Below are positions 41,577-50,940 of a stretch of DNA of 64,000 nt, piece by piece. The position numbers were made by a program, and so were the translations under genes. Within the stretch, counting starts at the first letter, position 1. Every line of letters starts with the position of its first letter. The notes beneath the pieces were generated by a model. It had not been told where the DNA came from. It saw nothing but the letters and a program-made list of their open reading frames with translations, and did no database searches. The DNA comes from Planctomycetota bacterium (lineage in GTDB: Bacteria > Planctomycetota > GCA-002687715 > CAIWVZ01): the NCBI GenBank assembly GCA_044222185.1, contig JBGANV010000004.1, positions 1 through 64,000 on the forward strand, in the 5' to 3' direction.

Positions 41577-44111
41577 TCACGTCTTTCGGAACACGATCAC
41601 CCTGGCCGACCGCGCCGGCACAGTGATGTTGAAGGTGGTCGGCCCGTTCAGATTCAGGAACGTGATGGCGGGGAGTCCCGACGCAACGACTTCGCTGCGC
41701 TTGTACTGCCCGGTCGGCAGCCCGTAGTCCGCCGGGTTCACCGTGTATTGGAACGTCTGCGAGCCGGGCGTCGCCCCGGGGGCGAGGTTCGGGATGACGT
41801 CGCCCACGTCCGTCCAGTTCAGGAACATGACGGCGAACGCGTTCAGGTCCGGACGCTTGAACACGGAGGTGAAGGTCAGCGGCGGCTGCGTGTCGTACCC
41901 GACGTACCACGCCCCGTCGGCTCCCGTGACGGCGGCGCCCGGGAGGTTCGCAGTCTTGACGGTCGTGACGGGATCGCGCATGCGTTCGCCGAAGACGACG
42001 TACGCGCGGGCGTCGGTCTGCCTAAGGATCCCCATGTAGTTCTGGATCATCCCGACGTACTGGTTGAACGCCGGTGCCTGGGCGGCGTCCTGCGCCAGGG
42101 TTGCCTGGTTCAGGACCGATCCGGCGTGCGGAAGGCGCCCGCTGAACAGGTACCCGGCGTAGTTCTGGCGCGCGATGAGGATGAACGGGGCGAACTGCGG
42201 AAGCACCTGCGCCGCGTGGTAGTCCATCGGACCCACGGTGCTGGTGAACTGGTAGTCCCGGTACACGGTGTCGAAGAGCGGCGCCATTCGCGTGCGCGGC
42301 TGGCCGTTCACGTCGACCGCGGCGCCGACGTAGTTCCCGTAGACGAGCTCGAAGGACCCGACGAACATCTCCTGCTGACCCTCGGAGATGGTGTAGAAGT
42401 CCGGCACTCCACCCGTCGTCCGCATGGTTCGGCGGAGGTTGTCGACGAGTTGGATCTTCGCGGCACCCTGGGAGCATCCTCCACCCACGGGCTTGGACAC
42501 GGCTGGTGACACCTTCTCGACGGAGTTGTAGGAGACGGCGACGTCGTCGACCGAGTAGGTGTCGAGGTACATGCCGCGGGCGCCCATCCCCGTGAGCGTC
42601 GTCGCCATCGAGAGCGTGTATTCGGACGCGAAGCAGGTCGCCAGGTCGAGCTTGTAGCTGGCGATCGAGACGGACTGCGTCGGGGTGCTGCAACCCACGT
42701 TCGACAGACAGCGCTGGTCCGTGATCGTGTAAGGCAACCCGTTCTCCAGTGTCACCGCGAACGTGGAGACGGGCGCGCCTCCCGTGCCCGGCAGATTGAG
42801 CGAGTTCTGCGCGCCGTTCGCGTTTGCGGAGTACACGTTGTTCAGGAAGTACGGCGCGAACGGGTCACCCAGCGCCTGGATGAACGGGATCGTGGCGAGG
42901 AAGGGCGCCTTCGCAGGCAGCCAGTTGCCCAGATAGGCGTCGAACGCCGAGTCGTCCCACAGGTAGGGGTGCGTGGGGATGGAGTCCACGCCGAAATAGG
43001 CCTTCTTGTCGGCGACGTCGTCGTCCCACCACTGGTACGTCGTCGGGTCGGCGGGCGCGCCGCACTGGGATCCCTGCGGAGTCGAGGTGCAGGCGTCCGG
43101 CGCGACGGAGCCGAACATCTTCGCGTTCTTGATGAGCGACGAGAAGTCCTGGTTCGTGCGCACCGGGCCTCTCGTGGTCCAGGGCTGCAGGACGGCCCAG
43201 CTCCTGTAGAGCCGCGCCGCGTCGAACCACGTTCCGTGAAGCATCCCCAGGACGGCGGGCACTCCGGTGAAGGTCGTCGTCGGAGCGAGTGCCAGGTTGT
43301 TCTCGGGCATGACGCGGACCCGGAAGCGCATGGCCTCGGGGCCGGTCGGGGAGTTGATCCGATGGAGGAAGTACTCCTTGCGCCAGCCGCAGGAATCGCG
43401 GGTCCCGAGGAAGAGCTGACGGGGGTCAGCCTCCGAGCGGTCGTAGTAGCCGAACCACTGCATGCTCAGCGAGCCCGGGTGGACCAGCGCCTGCTCGGGG
43501 GCCGCGTCGGCCGGGATCGTCGCGTTGTGCATCGGGTCCGGGAACATCCATCCGCCCGCGAAGGGATACGAAAGCACCTGGTTCGCAGGGCTCGTCCCTC
43601 GCTCGTCGAATTCGACACGCGGGAAACTCACCGCGTAAAGCGACACGGCCGATGCCGTCGTCGCCTGGACGCCGATCCCGAGGACGACGACCTTCTCTCC
43701 GGCGGGCGCATCGGCCGTCACCGTCACCGAGAATGTGACCCCCGGCGGGAGCAAGGGGGACGTGCACTGGCTCCACGTGACCGAGAGGGACGACCCGCTC
43801 AGTTGATTGATCGCCACCGAGAAGCCGCTCAGGTCGGATGCGCCCAACGTCGTCACCGTCGGGCCCGTGGGGTTGCGGAACTCGAGCTGCCAGAGATTGG
43901 CAGCTCGGAACGTGAACGTTTGCGGCTGCGTCGGCTCGCCGATCGACGTGAATACGAGTCCGTGGCTCGGGTTCGGTGACCAGCTCAGGGAGACGATGCC
44001 GTTCGTGATGGTCCCCTGTGCGGACGCCTGGGGGCCGAGGCCTCCGATCGAGGCCACGGCCAGCAGTGCCGTGACGACGAGGGCTCGATTGCAGAACGAA
44101 TTGGACGCCAT
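41577..44111 (-). CDS. Secreted DUF6259-like protein (putative glycoside-hydrolase TIM barrel)
   Basis: RBS AAGGAAAGGAG; signal peptide ending ASAQ; HPGSLSMQWFGYY, GTWFDAARLYRSWA..QPW, GMYLD, SEG, PLFDTVY. Confidence 0.7.
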   Translation of the reverse strand: MASNSFCNRALVVTALLAVASIGGLGPQASAQGTITNGIVSLSWSPNPSHGLVFTSIGEPTQPQTFTFRAANLWQLEFRNPTGPTVTTLGASDLSGFSVAINQLSGSSLSVTWSQCTSPLLPPGVTFSVTVTADAPAGEKVVVLGIGVQATTASAVSLYAVSFPRVEFDERGTSPANQVLSYPFAGGWMFPDPMHNATIPADAAPEQALVHPGSLSMQWFGYYDRSEADPRQLFLGTRDSCGWRKEYFLHRINSPTGPEAMRFRVRVMPENNLALAPTTTFTGVPAVLGMLHGTWFDAARLYRSWAVLQPWTTRGPVRTNQDFSSLIKNAKMFGSVAPDACTSTPQGSQCGAPADPTTYQWWDDDVADKKAYFGVDSIPTHPYLWDDSAFDAYLGNWLPAKAPFLATIPFIQALGDPFAPYFLNNVYSANANGAQNSLNLPGTGGAPVSTFAVTLENGLPYTITDQRCLSNVGCSTPTQSVSIASYKLDLATCFASEYTLSMATTLTGMGARGMYLDTYSVDDVAVSYNSVEKVSPAVSKPVGGGCSQGAAKIQLVDNLRRTMRTTGGVPDFYTISEGQQEMFVGSFELVYGNYVGAAVDVNGQPRTRMAPLFDTVYRDYQFTSTVGPMDYHAAQVLPQFAPFILIARQNYAGYLFSGRLPHAGSVLNQATLAQDAAQAPAFNQYVGMIQNYMGILRQTDARAYVVFGERMRDPVTTVKTANLPGAAVTGADGAWYVGYDTQPPLTFTSVFKRPDLNAFAVMFLNWTDVGDVIPNLAPGATPGSQTFQYTVNPADYGLPTGQYKRSEVVASGLPAITFLNLNGPTTFNITVPARSARVIVFRKT

Positions 44112-44408
44112 TTGTCGCTCCTTTCCTTGGAGGCGCTTGGCCGCCACGGAGGTCGTGACGACCAGCAGCTCCGCGAAAGGAGGCGACGCTCGCCTGGCGC
44201 CGTGACGGTCGTCCCCGCGATCCACGTGCGGACGGCCGGCCGAGCGGCGTCCGTGCCGCGAGCCGGCGCGTTGCGCTCCAACCGTGTGGCGGGGCGGCAA
44301 TCACGGCCTTGCCATCGGACCTGGCACGTGACGGTCGTGCGTCCCGCGCCGATGGGGGGCGATCACCGCGACGATCGTCGCGCCGAGTCGAGCGCGTTCG
44401 CGCGCCGG

Positions 44409-45881
44409 TCAGTCTTCGACGAGATATCCCTGCGTGCCCGTGAATGCAGACTTCTGGTACGAGGCATTCGCGGGAAGCCCGACGCGGCTCCACCGCGTCA
44501 TCCCGACGAGCGGCGTGAACGCTCGCGGAGGCTCGCCGGGGCCCTCGACCTCCACGGACCACATGTACCGGATCTCGTGATAGATGGGGCCCTCGTCGTC
44601 CGGGCCCGCGGGCACGAACCCGCGAATCTCCTGGCGGGGAAGTGGGTCGGCCGAATAACGCGGTTGCCACAGCCAGGTCTTGCGGAGTGCCCCGAGCACG
44701 GTCGTCTCCGCGCGCCGCTCGCGATCGATCGTCGCGCACGCGCGGAGGAGGTCCTCGCGCCGCAGCGACGTCGAGACCCCCTGAACGCCCTGCCCACCGG
44801 CGAAGTACGCGGGTTTGAGGACTCCGGATTCGAGGGGGATGCCGGCCGCGTCCAGCCGCGCGAGCAGATCCGGCTCGAACAGCTCGATCCGAGGGTGATG
44901 CGCCGCGTTGCCGACCAGGCGGACCTTCGAGAGGACGAAGAAGTCCTGCGGGTGGACGATGAAGGCGGCAGCTCCGCGTTCGATGGACGTCACGAAGATC
45001 GAGCGCAGCCGCTCTTCGTCGAACCCCTGCGTCCGATCGTCCACGAGCTGGTCCAGTTCCGGCGGGATGCACCGGCTCAGCACGTTCTTCGCGACGCGCG
45101 GCCGGTCGAAGGTCACGGTCCGAGGAACCGGTCCCTCGAACAGGACGGCGTTGCGGTAGCGCAGCTCGCCCGTCGCCGGGTCGGGCTCGATGTCGAGCAC
45201 GTCGACGAGCGCCGCACCCAGGAGACGACACCAGAGCAGCATGTCGACGACGGTCGACTGCGTCAGCGGCTTGACCTCCAGGATCACCGTGTCCGCGGGC
45301 GCGTGATCGCCGAGGACGAGTCTTCGCAGGTGGGCCCGATAGGCGTCGAACGATCCGAACCTGCGATCGAGGAAGAACTGCGACTCGGAGAGGCTCGGCA
45401 GGAACCTCGCAAAGGCCGCCAGCTTCGTCGGCTTGAGCAACATGTTGCCGGGAAACGACTGGATCTCGGGGACGTTTCGCACGAGGCGGCCCGATGCGGG
45501 ATCGAAGCTGCGCTGGAAATCGGTGGCGATGAATCGCGGGAAGACGGCCCCGTCCGGGCGGCGGTATCGCTCGGGGATGCCCGACGTGAATTGCTGGAGG
45601 AACGTCGGCGTCGCATACGGCTCGAGGATCGCGCGCATCGCCGCCAGGTCGTCGTCGACGAGCCTGCGCGGCCCCACTCCGGGGCACTCGGCGATGCGCC
45701 ACGGGAAGCGATATCCCGGGTGGATCGACTGCTCGAGCGCTGGAAGGTACTCCGCGCGACGCGGACCCAGCTGCGCGAGACGTTCGAGTTGGCGATCACG
45801 GGCGATCTGGCGGAGATGCGCGTCGTGCGAGGCGCCGCGGAGGTTCGATGGATCCGTCATGTTGGTGGCGGCGCCCAACAT
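44409..45881 (-). CDS. ATP-grasp-like / glutathionylspermidine-synthase-like ligase (start may be 45860)
   Basis: TDF...EIQSFP, VILEVKP..Q.T..D, SRCI..ELD, HPQDFF.LSK, VLKP.YFAGGQGV, WQPRY, EIRYMW. Confidence 0.65.
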   Translation of the reverse strand: MLGAATNMTDPSNLRGASHDAHLRQIARDRQLERLAQLGPRRAEYLPALEQSIHPGYRFPWRIAECPGVGPRRLVDDDLAAMRAILEPYATPTFLQQFTSGIPERYRRPDGAVFPRFIATDFQRSFDPASGRLVRNVPEIQSFPGNMLLKPTKLAAFARFLPSLSESQFFLDRRFGSFDAYRAHLRRLVLGDHAPADTVILEVKPLTQSTVVDMLLWCRLLGAALVDVLDIEPDPATGELRYRNAVLFEGPVPRTVTFDRPRVAKNVLSRCIPPELDQLVDDRTQGFDEERLRSIFVTSIERGAAAFIVHPQDFFVLSKVRLVGNAAHHPRIELFEPDLLARLDAAGIPLESGVLKPAYFAGGQGVQGVSTSLRREDLLRACATIDRERRAETTVLGALRKTWLWQPRYSADPLPRQEIRGFVPAGPDDEGPIYHEIRYMWSVEVEGPGEPPRAFTPLVGMTRWSRVGLPANASYQKSAFTGTQGYLVED

Positions 45882-45920
45882 AACCGCAACCCGAAAGTGA
45901 TGCGGCGCAGCCGCCGGCGG

Positions 45921-48527
45921 TCACGGTCGCAGCGCGTGTTCGATCTCGCGGCGAAGTCGGGGATCGGGGGCAAGGCGGAGAGCGGAGGCGAGGTCCGCGG
46001 CGGCGCCGTCTTGGGCCCCGATGCGTTTGCGGAAGAGCCCGCGCGACGCGATGGGGCGCGGATCGAGAGGCGCGGCACGGACGGCGGCGTCGAAATCAGC
46101 GAGGGCTTCGTCGGTCCAACCCTGCGTGCCGGCGGAGGAGCGGATCCGCGCCGCCAACTCGCGCAGCAGGGCGCGCTCCACGAGGAGTCCCGCGTCGCCC
46201 GGCTTCAGGTCCAACCCGCGCGCGACGTCTGATCGCGCGCCGGCGATGTGCGTCGCCGCGGCGTCCTCGTCCTTCAGCGACAACGCCCGGTCGGCCAGCA
46301 GGCGGCGAATGAGGCTTCGATTACCGAGCGCGACGGCGTAGCGCGGCTCGGCATCGATCGCTTCCGAGAAGTCGACCTCGGCCCTGCGGCGCTCCTGCGT
46401 CGCTTCGTCGATGCGACCGAGCGCCTCGAGGAGACGCGCGCGTTCCATCCGACAGACGCCGCGGTTGTTCCTGGCACCGACGAGCGTCGGCTCGAGGGTG
46501 ATGGCATTGCCGTTGTCCGCGATCGCCGCGTCCCACGCCGCGAGTGCGCCGTCGCGATCCCCGCGATCGAGGAGCTCGGTCGCGCGGCGCGCTTGTGCGA
46601 CGGCTCGGAGCCCGTGAGCGGACGCATCGCGCGGATCGCGCTCGACAGCGGCGCCGAAGTCGGCGAGCGCGCCGTCAACGTCGGCGAGACGGAGCCGTGC
46701 GCCCGCACGTTCGATCAGCGCCTCGCTGGATTGGTCGCCCCTGGAGACGCGTTGATCCGCCGCCGAGAGTGCGTGCCGCTCCGCAACCCGCTGCATGGCA
46801 TCGCCCGGCGCCCCGGCACCCAGCGGGCCGGGCCAGGCGCCCGACCGAGCGGCGTACGCCGGTCCGAATCCCTGGTGCAGGTCGATCGCGGACATCGCCA
46901 GGTACCACGCCGCATCCGTGTTCCCTTCGAGCACGGCGATGCGCGACAAGGCCACGCGTGCGGCGATGTGGACAGGATCGAGCCGCAGCACTTCCTCCCA
47001 GTGGCGTCGCGCGACGGCGAGGTCGCGTCGGAGGTGCGCCTGCAGCGCGAGGGCTTCCTCTCGAAGACCCTTGCGGAGGTCGCTCCTCGCGTCGGCCACG
47101 ACGGCGAGGTCGTCGAGGGCGCGGCGCCTGCGCGCGGCGAGATCGGGCGGCATGGCCGCGGCGTCGGCGAGGTCGAGACTCGACGTCGATTCCATGACCT
47201 CGTCGAGGACTTGCCCGGCGAGGATCACTCCGCGCTCGAGGCGGGCCGTCACGAGTTCCGGGTCGAGGTCGATTGCCGCGTCCAGGTCGCTCACCGCATC
47301 GGCGCTGAGGCCCAGTCGATCCTCGATCCGAGCACGGAGCAGTCTCGCGTGGGCCACGTCGTGTCGGCGCAGGAACGCGCGGCATGTCGCCAGCCCCGCG
47401 TGGAGCCGATCCCGAGCTACGTCCGTTTCTCCGAGCCTGCGCGCGACGTCCGCATCCCGGATCACGGCGTCGATGGACTCCGATAGCGCGAGAGCCTCGG
47501 CTGACGCCTGCCGTGCCGCGCGTTCGTTCCACAGACCGACCGCGAGCGTTCCGAGGAGGATGGCGGCGATGCCAGCGGCGGCGACGGCGCGTCGATGCCG
47601 CTGACCGAACATCCGCAGGCGATAGGCGAGGGTGGGACGTCGCGCGAGGATCGGCCGCCGTTCGATCCAGCGGTCGAGGTCGTCTGCGAGCGCGCTCGCC
47701 GTCGAGTAGCGACCCTCGCGTTCCTTCGCGAGACACTTCAGCGCGATCGTCTCCAGGTCGCGCGGGGCCGGCCGATCGCCGTGCCGCATGGGCTCGGGTC
47801 GCGCGTCGGCGATCTTGCGCGCCAGCGCGACGAGATCGGGTGCTCGGTGCGGCGGGTGACCGGTGACGACCTCGAAGAGCGTGGCGCCGAGGCCCCAGAC
47901 GTCCGTGCGCGCATCGACGGCCTCCGAGCGTCCCAGGATCTGCTCGGGCGCCATGTACGACGGCGATCCGATCACGTCACCCGAGCGCGACGCGCCCGCG
48001 TCCAGGCCCGAGGCCTTCGCCAGGCCGAAGTCGGTCACGACGGCGCGCGCTCCCTCGACGAGGATGTTGTGCGGCTTCACGTCGCGGTGGACGACTCCCT
48101 GCTCGTGTGCATGGTGCAGCGCGCGTGCGGCATCCCGCACGAATCCGACGGCGGTTCGCAGGTCGCCGAGTGCGGCGCGAGTCAACGGGATCCCGTCCAC
48201 GAAACGCATGGCGATCCACTGCGGCGTCGCCTCGTACACCGCGGCGATCCCCGGATGGTCGAGTCGCGCCGCCGCCTGGGCTTCGCGCACGAATCGCGTC
48301 CGCAACTCGTCCGATCCGCCGAGCGGCATCACGAGCACTTTCAGCGCGACGCGTCGCTGCAGCTCCTCGTCGATCGCCTCGTAGACGACTCCCATGGCGC
48401 CGCGTCCGACTTCCCGAACGAGCGCGTACTTGCCGATCTTCGCGCCGAGCGCCGTGGGATCTTCGAGAAGCGGCTGCGCATCGGCGAGCAGACGTCGCAC
48501 GGCGCTCGCGTTCAGTCGCGTCGTCAC
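45921..48527 (-). CDS. Membrane Ser/Thr protein kinase with TPR repeats
   Basis: VGRGAMGVVY, VALK, HRDVKPHN, DFGLA, GSPSYMAPEQ, DVWGLG; transmembrane segment; TPR motifs (ARNNRG, ALADFDAA). Confidence 0.95.
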   Translation of the reverse strand: MTTRLNASAVRRLLADAQPLLEDPTALGAKIGKYALVREVGRGAMGVVYEAIDEELQRRVALKVLVMPLGGSDELRTRFVREAQAAARLDHPGIAAVYEATPQWIAMRFVDGIPLTRAALGDLRTAVGFVRDAARALHHAHEQGVVHRDVKPHNILVEGARAVVTDFGLAKASGLDAGASRSGDVIGSPSYMAPEQILGRSEAVDARTDVWGLGATLFEVVTGHPPHRAPDLVALARKIADARPEPMRHGDRPAPRDLETIALKCLAKEREGRYSTASALADDLDRWIERRPILARRPTLAYRLRMFGQRHRRAVAAAGIAAILLGTLAVGLWNERAARQASAEALALSESIDAVIRDADVARRLGETDVARDRLHAGLATCRAFLRRHDVAHARLLRARIEDRLGLSADAVSDLDAAIDLDPELVTARLERGVILAGQVLDEVMESTSSLDLADAAAMPPDLAARRRRALDDLAVVADARSDLRKGLREEALALQAHLRRDLAVARRHWEEVLRLDPVHIAARVALSRIAVLEGNTDAAWYLAMSAIDLHQGFGPAYAARSGAWPGPLGAGAPGDAMQRVAERHALSAADQRVSRGDQSSEALIERAGARLRLADVDGALADFGAAVERDPRDASAHGLRAVAQARRATELLDRGDRDGALAAWDAAIADNGNAITLEPTLVGARNNRGVCRMERARLLEALGRIDEATQERRRAEVDFSEAIDAEPRYAVALGNRSLIRRLLADRALSLKDEDAAATHIAGARSDVARGLDLKPGDAGLLVERALLRELAARIRSSAGTQGWTDEALADFDAAVRAAPLDPRPIASRGLFRKRIGAQDGAAADLASALRLAPDPRLRREIEHALRP

Positions 48528-49264
48528 GACTCGCCTCCGCCAAGCAGCCAGCGCAGTTCGCGTGTGAGCTCCGCGGGATCGGTCACCGTCTCTCGAACGA
48601 CGTCTCGCAGCTCGTTTCGATACTTCTCCTTCGCGCGTGCGAGCCAGTTGGAAACGTCCGTCGTCGTGATGCCGTGCGACGCCGCGAGTGTGCGGTAGTC
48701 GGTCGCATCACCCTCCTTCAGGAAGTAGTCGCGAAACACGGCGAATTGTCGCGCGCGACCGTCCTGCGCAAGCGCGGCCTCCGTTCGATCGAGCGCGGCG
48801 CGCACGACGGTCGTACGCCAGGCGTCGTCGAGCGCCTCCTCGGGACGTGGCCGCGGGTCCACGGGATCGACGGCCAGTGCGTCGTCACCCGGCGTGTCGA
48901 GCGGGATCGGCGCCGCGCCGCCTCCGCGTTTGCGCGCGCGTGCGCGCCGTGCGGCGTCCGTGTGGAAGTTCCGCAGCCCGGTCTTCAGGAACGCCCGGAA
49001 CCGTCCGCGCGACGGATCCGCCTTCGACGCGAAACCCGTCTCGATCATCCAGAGGAAGAACTCCTGCGCGAGATCTGCCGCATCCGTCGGTCCGGCGACG
49101 GCGCGAAACCAGGCGTGAACCGGTTCCAGGTAGCTGCGCGCAAGGTGCTCCATGGCGCGATCCCGCACCTCTGCCGCGGCCCCCGACTGGGGCGCGATGA
49201 GACTCCACGCGGTCTGCGGGAACAGTCCGCCCGGGGTGGATGAGGATGCGTGGTCGGCGCCCAT
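48524..49264 (-). CDS. ECF sigma-70 factor (kinase-associated FxxTxWS type)
   Basis: LFPQTAWSLI, Y..PV.AW, AADLAQEFF, DPSRGRFRAFL, KRGGG; GTGA overlap with the kinase; start trimmed. Confidence 0.88.
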   Translation of the reverse strand: MGADHASSSTPGGLFPQTAWSLIAPQSGAAAEVRDRAMEHLARSYLEPVHAWFRAVAGPTDAADLAQEFFLWMIETGFASKADPSRGRFRAFLKTGLRNFHTDAARRARARKRGGGAAPIPLDTPGDDALAVDPVDPRPRPEEALDDAWRTTVVRAALDRTEAALAQDGRARQFAVFRDYFLKEGDATDYRTLAASHGITTTDVSNWLARAKEKYRNELRDVVRETVTDPAELTRELRWLLGGGES

Positions 49265-49346
49265 TTTTTTTCCGATGCGGCCGATGAGCCGCGGTGCGGA
49301 TTCCGTAACGGCCCATAGGATAGCCAACCCAGTCCAGGAGAGTCCG

Positions 49347-50618
49347 ATGTCGTTCACGCACGAGCTCGCATGTTTGTCCATGTTGATGGTCGTCGCCGGC
49401 GTGATGCGCGCCGCGCCATCACCGTCGCCGAAGCCCCAGTCGAAGGATCCGCCGACCGCCGAGACCCTGCTCGCCGCCATGGAGGCGAAGCTCGGGCCGG
49501 CAGAGAAGCGGGCGGCCGTGAAGACGCTCGTCGTGAACGGCGCGCTCACAGGGCCCATGCTTCCCGGCAAGGCCACTTTCGAGAGCATCTTCGTCGGGAC
49601 GGACGTCGTCCGCCTGAACTTCACCTATGGCGCCTTCGGGTCGGGGACGTGGGGCACCGACGGCAAGATGTCCTGGAGCACCGATCCAGCCATGGGCGTC
49701 ACGATCCGTCGTGGCGAGGAGCAGGCGCCGGTTCATCACCTGTTCGCGCTGCTCCGGCAGGCGCCGTGGACGGAGCAGTACAAGTCCGCCACCCTCGTCG
49801 GTCCCGACAAGGTCGCCGACGCTCCCGCCTGGAAGCTCTCGATGACGCCGAAGGTCGGAGCGGCCGAGACGTGGTTCATCGATCAGGCCAGCGGGTTGCT
49901 CGCACGGGCCGATCTCTCGCTGCCGAATCCGACGGGCGGAACGCTGCCCATGCGATGGTATTTCGCCGATTGGAAGGACGTCGACGGACTCCTCCGGCCG
50001 CACAAGCGCGTGCAGTCCGTCGCGGGGATGGACCTCACGTATGCGGTCGCGAAGATCGAGACGAACGGGGACGTGAAGCCCGAGCGGTACGCCGTTCCGA
50101 CGGACGTCATGCATGCGGCGATCTTCCCCGCGAAGCGGGCTCCCGTCGCGCCTGACAAGGGCGGCGAATGCGTGAAGGAGGTTGCGGAGTCGCGACCGAC
50201 GGCGACGATCCGGCTGAAGATCAAGCCGAGCGAGGTGAGCAAGACGCTCGCGATCGTTCTGCCCGAAGTGGGCCGGCACATGGCCAAGTGCGGCGCGACG
50301 GCCACGAGTCCACCGTTCTCGCGGTATCACTCGGTCTCGGACGACGAGATCGACATCGAGGCCGGAATCTGCGTGGCCAAACCCATCGAGGCGGGCGGTC
50401 GCGTGAAGGCGTCCGAACTTCCGGGCGGACCTACGGCCATGACCTGGCACGTGGGCCAGTACTCCGATCTCATGAAGACCCACGCGCTTCTGGAGGCCTG
50501 GATGAAGGAGCAGAAGCTGAAGGCGCGCGGTGGAGTGTGGGAGATCTACTGGACCGATCCGGGGCTCGAGCCGGACCCGACCAAGTGGAAGACGCAGCTC
50601 ATCTGCCCGGTGGAATAG
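49347..50618 (+). CDS. Secreted protein: LolA-like N-terminal domain plus GyrI-like ligand-binding domain
   Basis: RBS AGGAG; signal peptide; F.DWK.VDG...PHK; C-terminal PPFSRYH...DIEAG...ELPGG...HVGQY..L...WEIYWTDP...W.TQLI.PV. Confidence 0.85.
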   Translation: MSFTHELACLSMLMVVAGVMRAAPSPSPKPQSKDPPTAETLLAAMEAKLGPAEKRAAVKTLVVNGALTGPMLPGKATFESIFVGTDVVRLNFTYGAFGSGTWGTDGKMSWSTDPAMGVTIRRGEEQAPVHHLFALLRQAPWTEQYKSATLVGPDKVADAPAWKLSMTPKVGAAETWFIDQASGLLARADLSLPNPTGGTLPMRWYFADWKDVDGLLRPHKRVQSVAGMDLTYAVAKIETNGDVKPERYAVPTDVMHAAIFPAKRAPVAPDKGGECVKEVAESRPTATIRLKIKPSEVSKTLAIVLPEVGRHMAKCGATATSPPFSRYHSVSDDEIDIEAGICVAKPIEAGGRVKASELPGGPTAMTWHVGQYSDLMKTHALLEAWMKEQKLKARGGVWEIYWTDPGLEPDPTKWKTQLICPVE

Positions 50619-50940
50619 GGGAGGCGCGCGACGGCTCCGTCAGGTCGTCGGGTTTTCCGGCTTCGATTTCCGTCGGCGCGATGGCGACGGATGCTCTCCG
50701 TGAGACGACCTCGAGCCGCGGCGGCCGGTCGTCGACGGGTTCTTCGATCGTGCAACGGGGAGCTGCAACGTGACGTGATCGGTGGGTCTGCCCGCCGCGT
50801 CGAAAAAAAACTCAGGCTCGATTTCCGGAAACGGACTCCGGACGGATTCCGCATCGGCGGGGGCTGCGTACGCGGCGCCGGCAGGGCATGCCTGGTCGCG
50901 TCCGGGCCCCTCGTCTCCCCCGTCCATTCGAGAGAGAGCC

